Assembly (NCBI GenBank): GCA_027004715.1
Contig: JALTHG010000068.1
Coordinates: 1-56,967, forward strand
Origin: Deltaproteobacteria bacterium
GTDB lineage: Bacteria; Desulfobacterota; Dissulfuribacteria; Dissulfuribacterales; UBA3076
Direction: 5' to 3'
Length of the DNA stretch: 56,967 nucleotides
Positions 17,717 to 26,073 of the stretch are shown here, one piece after another; position 1 is the stretch's first letter; the number at the start of each line of letters is the position of its first letter. The position numbers and the translations under genes were made by a program. The notes beneath the pieces were generated by a model, which ran no database searches, was not told the DNA's origin, and was given only the letters and a program-made list of their open reading frames with translations.

Positions 17717-18439
17717 ATGAAAATCCTGGATGATCTGCTCTCTGTGTTGGACTTTGATGCCCAGGTAAGAGACATACGCCAGGGCATATTCCATACAGGG
17801 GTCTTGACTCGAAACTGTGGCCTGGCGGCAACTCTACCGCGAGATAGTCTGCGACAGGGTGCCCCGATGGGGAAAGAACCTGGTTTTTTGTTGGATCATA
17901 CCCCATTAGAACTTGCACATATGGCCTATTCTCATAGGCTTCTTGAAGCGGCTATTGGTATGGCTACTATCAATTCCCTCCTAGAAATAGATATGGATTC
18001 CTGTATTGAGCTAAATGCCGCAGAGCTCATTTTAGAGAGGGGTGCTGGCAAGAGGATATGCATTGTAGGGCACTTTCCATTCATCCCCAGGGTCCGTGAT
18101 CATTCAAAGGAGCTCTGGGTCATAGAAAAAAACCCAAGAGAGGGTGATCTTGGTGAATCTGAGGCAGAGATATTTATCCCTCAATCGGATGTTGTCGCCA
18201 TAACAGGCACTGCCCTGACGAATCATACACTTGAGCACCTGCTTAGCCTCTGTAGGCCAAATGCATATGTAATCTTGTTAGGTGATACAGTGCCTCTATC
18301 TCCTGTCCTCTTTGACTATGGTGTAGATGCCTTATCTGGCACGAAGGTAGTCTATCCTGATCTTGCCCTTCGATGTGTCAGCCAGGGGGCAAATTTTAGA
18401 CAGATTAAAGGCATAGAAAAACTGACCATGACGAAATAA
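17717..18439 (+). CDS. DUF4213/DUF364-family protein (putative heavy-metal chelation Rossmann-like domain)
   Basis: About 240 aa with GLAATL...AIGMATINSL N-domain and ICIVGHFPFI Rossmann-like C-domain, characteristic of this family. Confidence 0.7.
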   Translation: MKILDDLLSVLDFDAQVRDIRQGIFHTGVLTRNCGLAATLPRDSLRQGAPMGKEPGFLLDHTPLELAHMAYSHRLLEAAIGMATINSLLEIDMDSCIELNAAELILERGAGKRICIVGHFPFIPRVRDHSKELWVIEKNPREGDLGESEAEIFIPQSDVVAITGTALTNHTLEHLLSLCRPNAYVILLGDTVPLSPVLFDYGVDALSGTKVVYPDLALRCVSQGANFRQIKGIEKLTMTK

Positions 18440-18549
18440 AAATACCTATCTAGTCGGGTCGTAACTGTCTGCATCCCCTCCTGTTCGTTTACGTCACTGG
18501 TCAGGAAATGTGAACAGTTACGTCAGGTCTGATGGCTAGATAGGTATTT
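18440..18549. terminator. Compound hairpin between convergent genes (candidate bidirectional terminator)
   Basis: Outer perfect 14-bp stem AAATACCTATCTAG (18440-18453) / CTAGATAGGTATTT (18536-18549) encloses the repeat doublet at 18461-18521. T-rich sequence follows on both strands. Confidence 0.55.
18461..18521. repeat. GTAAC-arm repeat family: short doublet
   Basis: GTAACTGTCTGCATCCCC...GGAAATGTGAACAGTTAC, nested in a larger palindrome. Confidence 0.85.
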
Positions 18550-18558
18550 CTGTAGAGC

Positions 18559-18900
18559 TTATGTGCCCGAGGAGCCTGACTCAAGTTCCTGGATGCGTCT
18601 GTTTATGGCATCAAGTTGCTCTTTCATGGCATTGGCTTCATTCCTGAGCATAGTGGCTTCATCTTTGGCGCTTACGCTATAACCATAAGGATTCCCATAA
18701 TATGGTGCATAATATGGTGCTCCATACCATCCTGCTCTAAAAAATCTACCACGGAAGCCAAGGCCTCCCCTAAAGCCACGGCCCAGACCCAGGCCGAGCC
18801 TCGGCCAGCCATAGCTCACTCCAGCAGGGTTGCAATAACCTAGACCTCTTCCTGTCATGGGCCCTGCACCCATGGGCCCTGTTCCATCGAGTCCTGGCAT
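18559..18900 (-). CDS. DUF5320-family protein (Gly/Arg/Tyr-rich) with C-terminal coiled coil
   Basis: MPGLDGTGPMGAGPMTGRGLG N-terminus and C-terminal MLRNEANAMKEQLDAINRRIQELE. AAGGAGGTG lies upstream of the ATG at 18900, so the track ORF start at 18933 is rejected. Confidence 0.75.
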   Translation of the reverse strand: MPGLDGTGPMGAGPMTGRGLGYCNPAGVSYGWPRLGLGLGRGFRGGLGFRGRFFRAGWYGAPYYAPYYGNPYGYSVSAKDEATMLRNEANAMKEQLDAINRRIQELESGSSGT

Positions 18901-18926
18901 TATAATACACCTCCTTTTTTTTGATC

Positions 18927-19253
18927 TTACCACCAGCCACGGCGGCGACGTCCTCTTCTAGGTGGCATATCAAAATGGCCACCTTCAATCCTGAGTACCT
19001 TGCCCATAACCAGGGCGTCGGCGACAACTGCCCTTGCCTCTGCCAAGACCCTTCCAAAGGTCTGACGTGAGACATTCATCATCTTGGCCGCTGTCTTCTG
19101 ATCCAGACCCTGGAAATCACTCAACCTGATTGCTTCAAGACCTTCTATTGGGAGGACAACTTCATTCTTCCCCCAGGGGGGTACCCTGTCAGGGATAAAT
19201 GCCTCAACAATAGGGCGTCCTTGAACAAATCTCAGTTTTCTAGGCCTTGGCAT
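18927..19253 (-). CDS. DUF134 (UPF0251)-family predicted DNA-binding protein
   Basis: MPRPRKLRFV...LEAIRLSDFQGLDQKTAAKMMNVSRQTFGRVL is the canonical DUF134 HTH. GAGGG lies upstream of the ATG at 19253. Confidence 0.8.
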   Translation of the reverse strand: MPRPRKLRFVQGRPIVEAFIPDRVPPWGKNEVVLPIEGLEAIRLSDFQGLDQKTAAKMMNVSRQTFGRVLAEARAVVADALVMGKVLRIEGGHFDMPPRRGRRRRGWW

Positions 19254-19279
19254 CTCTACCCTCATTATGAGCCTGTGCC

Positions 19280-19308
19280 TATAAAATAGTCTCTTTTATA
19301 AAATAGTC
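19280..19308 (-). promoter_or_regulatory. Direct repeat pair in the DUF134 promoter region (candidate operator)
   Basis: TATAAAATAGTC occurs at 19280-19291 and again at 19297-19308 (17-bp period). On the minus strand it overlaps TTGACT-N16-TATTTT just upstream of the DUF134 start. Confidence 0.35.
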
Positions 19309-19330
19309 AAGAGTTTATTTTAAGCATAAG

Positions 19331-19456
19331 CTCAAATTTACCCCGGCCAGCGGTAGCCTTTTTCAGGGTCTCAGGAGCATAGCTTGTGCACAGGATCAGA
19401 CACTCTGCCTGTTAACCGCGCTGAAACCCTTCAAGATGCCACTCGTGAAGGGTTAC
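19331..19456 (+). repeat. GTAAC-arm repeat family: long form, degenerate arms
   Basis: tttaCCCCGGCCAGCGGTAGCCTTTTTCAGGGTCTCAGGAGCATAGCTTGTGCACAGGATCAGACACTCTGCCTGTTAACCGCGCTGAAACCCTTCAAG...GTGAAGGGTTAC. Confidence 0.8.
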
Positions 19457-19462
19457 GTCACA

Positions 19463-20425
19463 TTAAAGGAGGTCCCTATAACGGGCCAGGATTCCATCTA
19501 TCACCTTTTTACCTGAATTAAAGGCCGCCATGATAGTGCCCTTGCGAATTGCCAGGTCTCCTGCCAGGAAAAGTCTGGGTATGTTGGTCTCACCATATTC
19601 ATCAACAACAGGTCTGTCTTTATCAAACTTTATGCCTATCTTTTCAAGAAATACCTTGGGAGTCATGCCTCCAAGGCAATAAAATATGGCATCATATTCT
19701 ATATGCCTTCCGTCCTTAAAAATTACTACAACCTTATCGTCCTGTCTCTCCAGACCCTCTATATCTGTTGCCATCATCATATTAATAGCACCCTTTTCAG
19801 CATATTCTTTTATATTAGAGGCATTGATTTCATTCAGACGGAAGAATTCAGGACGTCTATAGGAGAGGCTTACTTCGTTATCTCTTGATAAGAGACATGC
19901 TGTCTCTGCAGCACTATTTCCACCTCCTACTACGAGTATTTTCTTTCCTTTTATTGGTGTATCAGGTAGGCTAAAATAGATATTTTGCTTTATTTCTTTT
20001 GGAATCGGATATCTTGGCTTGACCGGCCTTCCAAATATCCCTATAGCTATTACAAGCAGTGGGGCCTTGATCTCAAGCCCTCCTCCAGTAGATATATAGA
20101 AATCTTCTTTAGATACTCTTATCTTTTCTACGCCATTTTTATAGCGGATATCTATATCGTTTTCTTTTACGATATTTTTCATCCTCTCAAGAAAGGCCTC
20201 TTTACTCTCTGTATTGAAAGATAGTTTACCTATGGGTTCTAATTTGACTTTTAAGTGAACTGGATCTACGCGTTTTCCTGTGGGATACAGCCTTTCAATT
20301 GTAGCGCAGATATGATCTGTCTTTTCGAGGACTATGACTGGAGCGATGTTGGCCTCTTTTGCTTCAACAGCAGTAGAAATGCCAGCAGGACCAGCCCCTA
20401 TAATTGCTAATTTTGTCTGTTCCAT
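19463..20425 (-). CDS. FAD/NAD(P)-binding oxidoreductase (thioredoxin-reductase-like fold, no CxxC)
   Basis: LAIIGAGPAG and ILVVGGGNSAAE dinucleotide folds plus a C-terminal FLAGD motif. No redox-active CxxC seen. Confidence 0.8.
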   Translation of the reverse strand: MEQTKLAIIGAGPAGISTAVEAKEANIAPVIVLEKTDHICATIERLYPTGKRVDPVHLKVKLEPIGKLSFNTESKEAFLERMKNIVKENDIDIRYKNGVEKIRVSKEDFYISTGGGLEIKAPLLVIAIGIFGRPVKPRYPIPKEIKQNIYFSLPDTPIKGKKILVVGGGNSAAETACLLSRDNEVSLSYRRPEFFRLNEINASNIKEYAEKGAINMMMATDIEGLERQDDKVVVIFKDGRHIEYDAIFYCLGGMTPKVFLEKIGIKFDKDRPVVDEYGETNIPRLFLAGDLAIRKGTIMAAFNSGKKVIDGILARYRDLL

Positions 20426-20488
20426 TGTAATTACTCCTTGATCTTTTTTATATAATGATATATTTTAGGACAATCATAATACCTAGAT

Positions 20489-20674
20489 ATGGAAAAACAA
20501 CTCTTTTGTCAAAAAGATAACCAGGAGGTCGATATCAATAAGGGCTGTCCACATCCCAGTGGTTTTTGTCCCTATCGGAAGTCGTGCATGGTCCATTATC
20601 TAGAACAAGAAAAAATCAGATCTTTAAAAAAGAAGGATAGCGGTTCAGATAAACAGTTACCTTCAAAAGCCTGA
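20489..20674 (+). CDS. Hypothetical small Cys-containing protein (doubtful)
   Basis: 61-aa ORF with 4 Cys and no clear Shine-Dalgarno. Its 3' end runs into a repeat remnant (20648-20671). Confidence 0.25.
   Translation: MEKQLFCQKDNQEVDINKGCPHPSGFCPYRKSCMVHYLEQEKIRSLKKKDSGSDKQLPSKA
20648..20671 (+). repeat. GTAAC-arm repeat family: right-arm/core remnant (weak)
   Basis: GATAAACAGTTACcTTCAAAAGCC. Confidence 0.35.
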
Positions 20675-21171
20675 CGCCTTTGCTATTAGAACTTATTGCC
20701 ATTTGTGAGCATATCTCTTGTAGTATATTGATGATAATACTGAAATTCTTGATTTTTAATTTTTTATGCATCTTATCAAAATTAATAATATAACCTGATT
20801 GTATCTGCCAGCAATATCTTCTGCCTATTGACAAGTCCTGATGCTTTTTGTATCTCTACTTTAGATTTTAGGTAAATCCTATACTTTAAAGAAGATCGGG
20901 AAATCATTGCTTATCAATTCAGAGAGCTTTACTGCACTAGGACATTTTGGAATAGTTGCATAGGACTTTTATATGCAAGTTATATATCCTCAATATATCT
21001 ATGCTCTGGGTTAGTGGATTTCAGGTTCTTGCAGGGTGATTTATAATAGAGACTCAGGCTTGAAGCACCTGTAAGTTTGGTTTATATTTTTAAAGAGATA
21101 TCACCTTTATTTATTGAAAATTTACATAAATTTGACAGATTAATATCTCAAGAAATAGGAAGGAATTTACC

Positions 21172-21456
21172 ATGACAAGAAAAAGAAGTAGGCCTTATGT
21201 TGTAGACGATGTACGATATGTATATCAGAATTATGCAAATATGACGGCTTCTGAGATAGCTGAAGAGCTTGGTATCAGTAGATTCCAGGTATCAAAGATT
21301 GTCACTGAACTCAGAAAGCAGATAGATTTACCCAAGAAGGCTGTTCGTAGACCCAATCCGATCCTTAAGTTTTTAGAAGAGGAAGGCATTGAGCCAAAGG
21401 CAGTGCCTAGGCCAAAGACCGTTAAGGGTAGAAAGAAAAAGAAAAAGACTTCTTGA
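21172..21456 (+). CDS. Small basic HTH-containing hypothetical protein
   Basis: 94 aa. MTASEIAEELGISRFQVSKIV resembles a sigma-70 region-4 / HTH motif, with a Lys-rich tail KGRKKKKKTS. AGGAAGGA lies upstream. Confidence 0.5.
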   Translation: MTRKRSRPYVVDDVRYVYQNYANMTASEIAEELGISRFQVSKIVTELRKQIDLPKKAVRRPNPILKFLEEEGIEPKAVPRPKTVKGRKKKKKTS

Positions 21457-21512
21457 GGTCATTGCCCAGATTACGCTACATCAAATGCGTATGCATTTAA
21501 AGGGGTCTCTTT

Positions 21513-22943
21513 ATGGATTATGAAGCTGTTATAGGACTTGAAGTCCATGTCCAATTACAGACAGCAACAAAGATCTTTTGTCCCTGTCCAACTACATTTG
21601 GGGCACTGGCCAATACACATACCTGTCCAGTATGTATTGGTATGCCTGGGGTCTTACCTGTGCTTAACAGAAAGGTAGTGGAATTTGCCATAAAGATGGC
21701 CCTGGCTGTAAACTGCGATATAGCTCCATTTAACGTCTTTGCCAGAAAGCACTATTTCTATCCCGATCTCCCCAAGGGCTACCAGATCTCTCAATACGAA
21801 TCTCCTCTGGCTGAACACGGCTGGCTCGATATAGAAGTGGATGGCCGGACCAGGAGGATAGGTATTACTAGAATCCATATGGAGGAAGACGCTGGCAAAC
21901 TGATGCATGATGAGAACAGGCCAGTGAGCTATGTGGACCTCAATCGGACAGGTGTGCCCCTGATTGAGATTGTCAGTGAACCTGATATCCGTAGTCCTGA
22001 AGAGGCAGTTGCGTATCTCAAGAAGCTCAGGCAGTTGGTCCGTTACCTGGGAATCAGCGATGGTAATATGGAAGAAGGCAGCATGCGCTGTGATGCTAAT
22101 ATATCCTTGAGGCCCTCAGGACAAAAAGGATATGGGACCAGGTCTGAGCTCAAAAACATAAACTCCTTTCGTCATGTGCAAAGGGCATTGGAGTATGAGA
22201 TAAGGCGCCAGACTGCACTGTTGCTCGATGGCCAGGATGTAGTCCAGGAGACACGCCTTTGGGATGCAGCAAGAGGGGTGACCTTCCCTATGAGAGGCAA
22301 AGAAGAGGCACATGACTATCGCTATTTCCCTGATCCAGATCTGGTCCCTGTAGAGATCGATAGTGCCTGGCTGACCCGCATAAGAGAGGAATTGCCTGAG
22401 CTACCTGATGCAAAGCGTATCCGCTTAAAGAGACAATACGGCCTCTCAGACTATGACCTGGAGATCCTTACGGCCTCAAGGTCTATGGCTGACTACTTTG
22501 AAGGGTGTGTAGCCCAATTCCCGCATCCAAAGACTGTAAGCAATTGGATATGTGTAGAATTGGTCCGTCTGCTCAGACAGGGGGACCAAGAAATAGATAC
22601 CTGTCCAGTATCTCCTGCTGGTCTGGCAGGACTTCTTGAGATGATAGATAATGGCACTATCAGTGGGAAGATGGCAAAAGACATCCTTCAGCAGATGTAT
22701 CATACCAAGAAAAGCGCCAGGGAGATCGTAGAAGAGCAGGGACTGGCCCAGATGAGTGATGAGTCTCAACTCCGCATTGTGATAGAACGGGTAATGGAGG
22801 GCCATCCAAAAGAGGTAGAAAGGTATAGGGCTGGAAAGACAAAGGTCCTGGGCTTTCTGGTTGGACAGGTCATGAGAGAGACAAGGGGACAGGCAAATCC
22901 AAAAAAGGTGAATGAACTCCTGGAGAAGGCCCTGAACCCATGA
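21513..22943 (+). CDS. gatB: Aspartyl/glutamyl-tRNA(Asn/Gln) amidotransferase subunit B
   Basis: [13 protein letters not shown]...KIFCPC...NTHTCPVC...HMEEDAGK conserved GatB blocks, with a C-terminal GatB/YqeY domain. 476 aa. Confidence 0.95.
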   Translation: MDYEAVIGLEVHVQLQTATKIFCPCPTTFGALANTHTCPVCIGMPGVLPVLNRKVVEFAIKMALAVNCDIAPFNVFARKHYFYPDLPKGYQISQYESPLAEHGWLDIEVDGRTRRIGITRIHMEEDAGKLMHDENRPVSYVDLNRTGVPLIEIVSEPDIRSPEEAVAYLKKLRQLVRYLGISDGNMEEGSMRCDANISLRPSGQKGYGTRSELKNINSFRHVQRALEYEIRRQTALLLDGQDVVQETRLWDAARGVTFPMRGKEEAHDYRYFPDPDLVPVEIDSAWLTRIREELPELPDAKRIRLKRQYGLSDYDLEILTASRSMADYFEGCVAQFPHPKTVSNWICVELVRLLRQGDQEIDTCPVSPAGLAGLLEMIDNGTISGKMAKDILQQMYHTKKSAREIVEEQGLAQMSDESQLRIVIERVMEGHPKEVERYRAGKTKVLGFLVGQVMRETRGQANPKKVNELLEKALNP

Positions 22944-24037
22944 AGAGAGAACCTGTCTCAGGATCTAGCTCGCCCTTAGACCTGCTCCGGGAAAGGGCTA
23001 ATAGCTCTGTAGTACCTATCAAGTGGGAAGGACACAGACTCTATCTCTTAGACCAGAGGATATTGCCCCATAAAGAGATATGGCTTGAATATAGTTCTGC
23101 CAGGGGCGTTGCTCAGGCAATAAGAGACATGGTCGTGAGGGGTGCACCTGCCATAGGGATTACTGCTGCATTTGGTATGGTCCTGGCTGCATTTGAACTA
23201 TCAGATAGTGACAGGACCACCTTTATAGAGAGGTGGCTTGGCGAGACAGAGTTTATGCTGCAGGCCAGGCCTACTGCAATAAACTTGAAGTGGGCAATAG
23301 AGAGACTAAAGGAGAAGATAGACAGGCATCCTGAGCTGGAGACAGATGGCCTTGCAATACTCTTAGAAAAAGAGGCCCTCTCTATCTGGTCAGAAGACAT
23401 ACAGGCCAATCTGGATATAGGGTCTTATGGTCAGGCCCTTCTGCCAGATGTAGGGAAGGTACTCACTCACTGTAATGCAGGGTCCCTTGCAACAGGTGGG
23501 TATGGGACGGCCCTTGGGGTCATCAGGGCCGCGGTCTCTAGAGGTAAAAAGATTGAGGTCGTTGCCAATGAGACCCGTCCCTGGCTTCAGGGGGCCAGGC
23601 TTACTGCCTGGGAACTCATCAGAGATGGGATACCAGTTACCTTGATAGTAGACGGGGCAGCAGGCTTTTTGATGCAGAGGGGAGAGATTGGAGCAGTAGT
23701 AGTAGGAGCCGATCGTATTGCAGGTAATGGGGATGTGGCCAATAAGATTGGAACCTATGCCATAGCTGAGCTTGCGAGGGCCAATGGTATCCCATTTTAT
23801 GTGGCTGCCCCAGTCTCCACCATAGATCCTGAGATATGTAGTGGAGATCAGATCCCCATTGAGGAGCGTGGAGCAAGAGAGGTTATCACACTTGCAGGGA
23901 AAGAGATTGCTGCCCATGGGGTGAGTGTAGAAAATCCGGTCTTTGACATCACTCCCCACCGTCTTGTGAGTGCTATAATTACTGACGCTGGAGTGCTTGT
24001 GCCCCCATATGACTCTGCCATCCATGCCTGTTTATAG
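22940..24037 (+). CDS. mtnA: S-methyl-5-thioribose-1-phosphate isomerase (eIF-2B alpha/beta/delta family)
   Basis: LLDQRILP...VRGAPAIG...THCNAG.LAT...GADRIA.NGD.ANKIGTY blocks. ATGA overlap with gatB. Confidence 0.88.
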   Translation: MKREPVSGSSSPLDLLRERANSSVVPIKWEGHRLYLLDQRILPHKEIWLEYSSARGVAQAIRDMVVRGAPAIGITAAFGMVLAAFELSDSDRTTFIERWLGETEFMLQARPTAINLKWAIERLKEKIDRHPELETDGLAILLEKEALSIWSEDIQANLDIGSYGQALLPDVGKVLTHCNAGSLATGGYGTALGVIRAAVSRGKKIEVVANETRPWLQGARLTAWELIRDGIPVTLIVDGAAGFLMQRGEIGAVVVGADRIAGNGDVANKIGTYAIAELARANGIPFYVAAPVSTIDPEICSGDQIPIEERGAREVITLAGKEIAAHGVSVENPVFDITPHRLVSAIITDAGVLVPPYDSAIHACL

Positions 24038-24084
24038 CTTATAACTATTGAGTCAGCTCTGTAGTTATATAGTCTATAATCTAC

Positions 24085-25029
24085 TTGTCATGGAATGGAG
24101 GTTCTCTCTATTATAGTATGATTGCTATAAAGCATTTTGTGCAGGTAGTTGCAAATGTCTTTGATTCTTTCACTGCTGCCCTATTTGTCTGCAGGTCTAA
24201 TGGTGACTATCTAGACCTGGTAGCATGGGAGAGTCTTAGCCCTTACATAGTGCCAGAATGCAGAATAAAGATTGGCCGTGGACTGATAGGTTGGGTGGCA
24301 AAGGAAAAAAAGAGACTCCACGTTACCTGTTTCGACAGAGATACCAGAACACTTGGAATCTACAGCAGAGACGTTGATATAAAGGCCCTTCTTGCTGTCC
24401 CTTTTCCCAATGGGGAAGGAGTCTTGATGGTGGACAGCAAAAATCGCTATGCCTTTTCAGAGAAAAAACAGCGTATCCTTGAAGGCTGTACAACACTGGC
24501 CTTTGACCTGTGGTCCTTATGGAAGAATCATCAGAACTTGGACTTTTACCGCCACTGGTCTTACTGGCACCTTGGGCTATCAGGCGACATAAGGCACCTG
24601 CTGTCAGGCCTGGGAGAACTATTGGGCATGAAGGTTGGGTTCGTGGGGTTTCAAGTGAATGAGGCATCCTTTGTAATAGAGGCCAGTATAGGTGTGCCCA
24701 AAGATTCTGTCCTGAAGGGTCAGGTTTTTAGTATAGACAAAGGACTTATCGGTTGGATTTTGAGATACAAAAAGCATCTTATACTGACTCACTTTGGAGT
24801 AGACAGACACAGGTCTTACTTTCTATGGCCTGATGAGCCATTTGAGGCTGGGCCAGTAGTAATAGGGCTCTATCAGCCCCTTAAAAAGGGTGCACTGGCA
24901 TGGATACTTACTGGAGATGTAGACCTGTCAGGATGGCCAGGGGATTTTGCCGAATTTCTGATCAATTCTCTTGATAAAGCCATTTCTGAGAGGAATGCCG
25001 CTGTGGCCTTGCAGGGGCAGATATCGTAA
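24085..25029 (+). CDS. GAF-domain-containing protein (apparently two GAF-like repeats)
   Basis: Repeated GLIGWV/GLIGWIL...KK.L signature typical of GAF cores. Start uncertain: TTG at 24085 or ATG at 24118. Confidence 0.6.
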   Translation: MSWNGGSLYYSMIAIKHFVQVVANVFDSFTAALFVCRSNGDYLDLVAWESLSPYIVPECRIKIGRGLIGWVAKEKKRLHVTCFDRDTRTLGIYSRDVDIKALLAVPFPNGEGVLMVDSKNRYAFSEKKQRILEGCTTLAFDLWSLWKNHQNLDFYRHWSYWHLGLSGDIRHLLSGLGELLGMKVGFVGFQVNEASFVIEASIGVPKDSVLKGQVFSIDKGLIGWILRYKKHLILTHFGVDRHRSYFLWPDEPFEAGPVVIGLYQPLKKGALAWILTGDVDLSGWPGDFAEFLINSLDKAISERNAAVALQGQIS

Positions 25030-25033
25030 ATAA

Positions 25034-26056
25034 ATGAGGGGTCTCAAAAACATAATCAAGCAGGACCTGGCCATAGATTTAGGCACTGCCAATACCCTTA
25101 TCTATAGGCAAAATGAGGGCATAGTCCTAAATGAACCTACGGTGATCGCCTATTCAGATAATGCAGAGGTAATTAAGGCAGGCAGGGCAGCAAAGGAATA
25201 TCTGGGACGAACTCCAAGGGGTATAAAGGTCCTACGTCCCATGAAACACGGTATAATAGAGGATTTTGATGCAGTCACTCAACTAATCAAGGTATTTTTA
25301 GATTGTGCGCAAGAACGAAAGAGGATATTTTCTCCAAGGGTTGTAATCTGTATTCCCTCCAATATTACTCAGGTAGAAAAACGGGCCATACTGGAGGCAG
25401 CGCGTGGTGTTGGGCCCAAAAAAGTCTTTCTTTTAGAAGAGACCATGGCCGCTGCTATAGGTGCAGGTCTTCCTGTCCAGGGAGAGGAGCCGCAGATGGT
25501 GTTGGATATAGGCGGTGGTACAACTGAAGCGGCAGTTATAGCCGAGTGGGCCTATATATGCTGCGAGACCTTAAGGCTGGCAGGAGATGAGATGGATGAG
25601 GCCATTATCCAATGGTTGGCAGAAAATAGGGGCCTGGAGATAGGTGTGAATACTGCAGAGAAGGTCAAGTGGGAGATAGGTTCAGCCTGGGACGAAGGAA
25701 TAGGCCCAGATCTGGAGTGTAGCGTAGCAGGTAAGGACTCTCTGAATGGAATGCCCTTAACAGTCGTAGTTACTTCCAGGGAACTGAGACCAGCCTTAAA
25801 AGGACCTTTGGATGCCATCTCTAAAATGATAAAAGACTTACTGAATAGCCTGCCATCTGAGACCAGGGCCTCAATAGAGGCCAGGGGTATAACAGCCACA
25901 GGAGGTGGGTCATTGATAAGGGGCATTACACAATTTTTGGCCTCAAGGACAGGGATCCCATTTCACCTTGCCATCGATCCCTTAACTACTGTAGTCCAGG
26001 GCGCAGGGCGGACAATCGATGCCTTTAAGGATTACCAGAAGGTCTTTATTAATTAA
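25034..26056 (+). CDS. mreB: MreB/Mbl-family actin-like protein
   Basis: DLAIDLGTANTLIY, MVLDIGGGTTE and TGGGSLIRG phosphate/adenosine motifs. 340 aa. Confidence 0.85.
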   Translation: MRGLKNIIKQDLAIDLGTANTLIYRQNEGIVLNEPTVIAYSDNAEVIKAGRAAKEYLGRTPRGIKVLRPMKHGIIEDFDAVTQLIKVFLDCAQERKRIFSPRVVICIPSNITQVEKRAILEAARGVGPKKVFLLEETMAAAIGAGLPVQGEEPQMVLDIGGGTTEAAVIAEWAYICCETLRLAGDEMDEAIIQWLAENRGLEIGVNTAEKVKWEIGSAWDEGIGPDLECSVAGKDSLNGMPLTVVVTSRELRPALKGPLDAISKMIKDLLNSLPSETRASIEARGITATGGGSLIRGITQFLASRTGIPFHLAIDPLTTVVQGAGRTIDAFKDYQKVFIN

Positions 26057-26073
26057 TCGATTTAGACCTTTAG

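Noticed and set aside
25034-26056. The MreB-like gene as a magnetosome-type actin (MamK/Mad28).
   Set aside because: The motifs and length fit ordinary MreB. No mam, mad or man genes or other magnetosome markers occur anywhere in the window.
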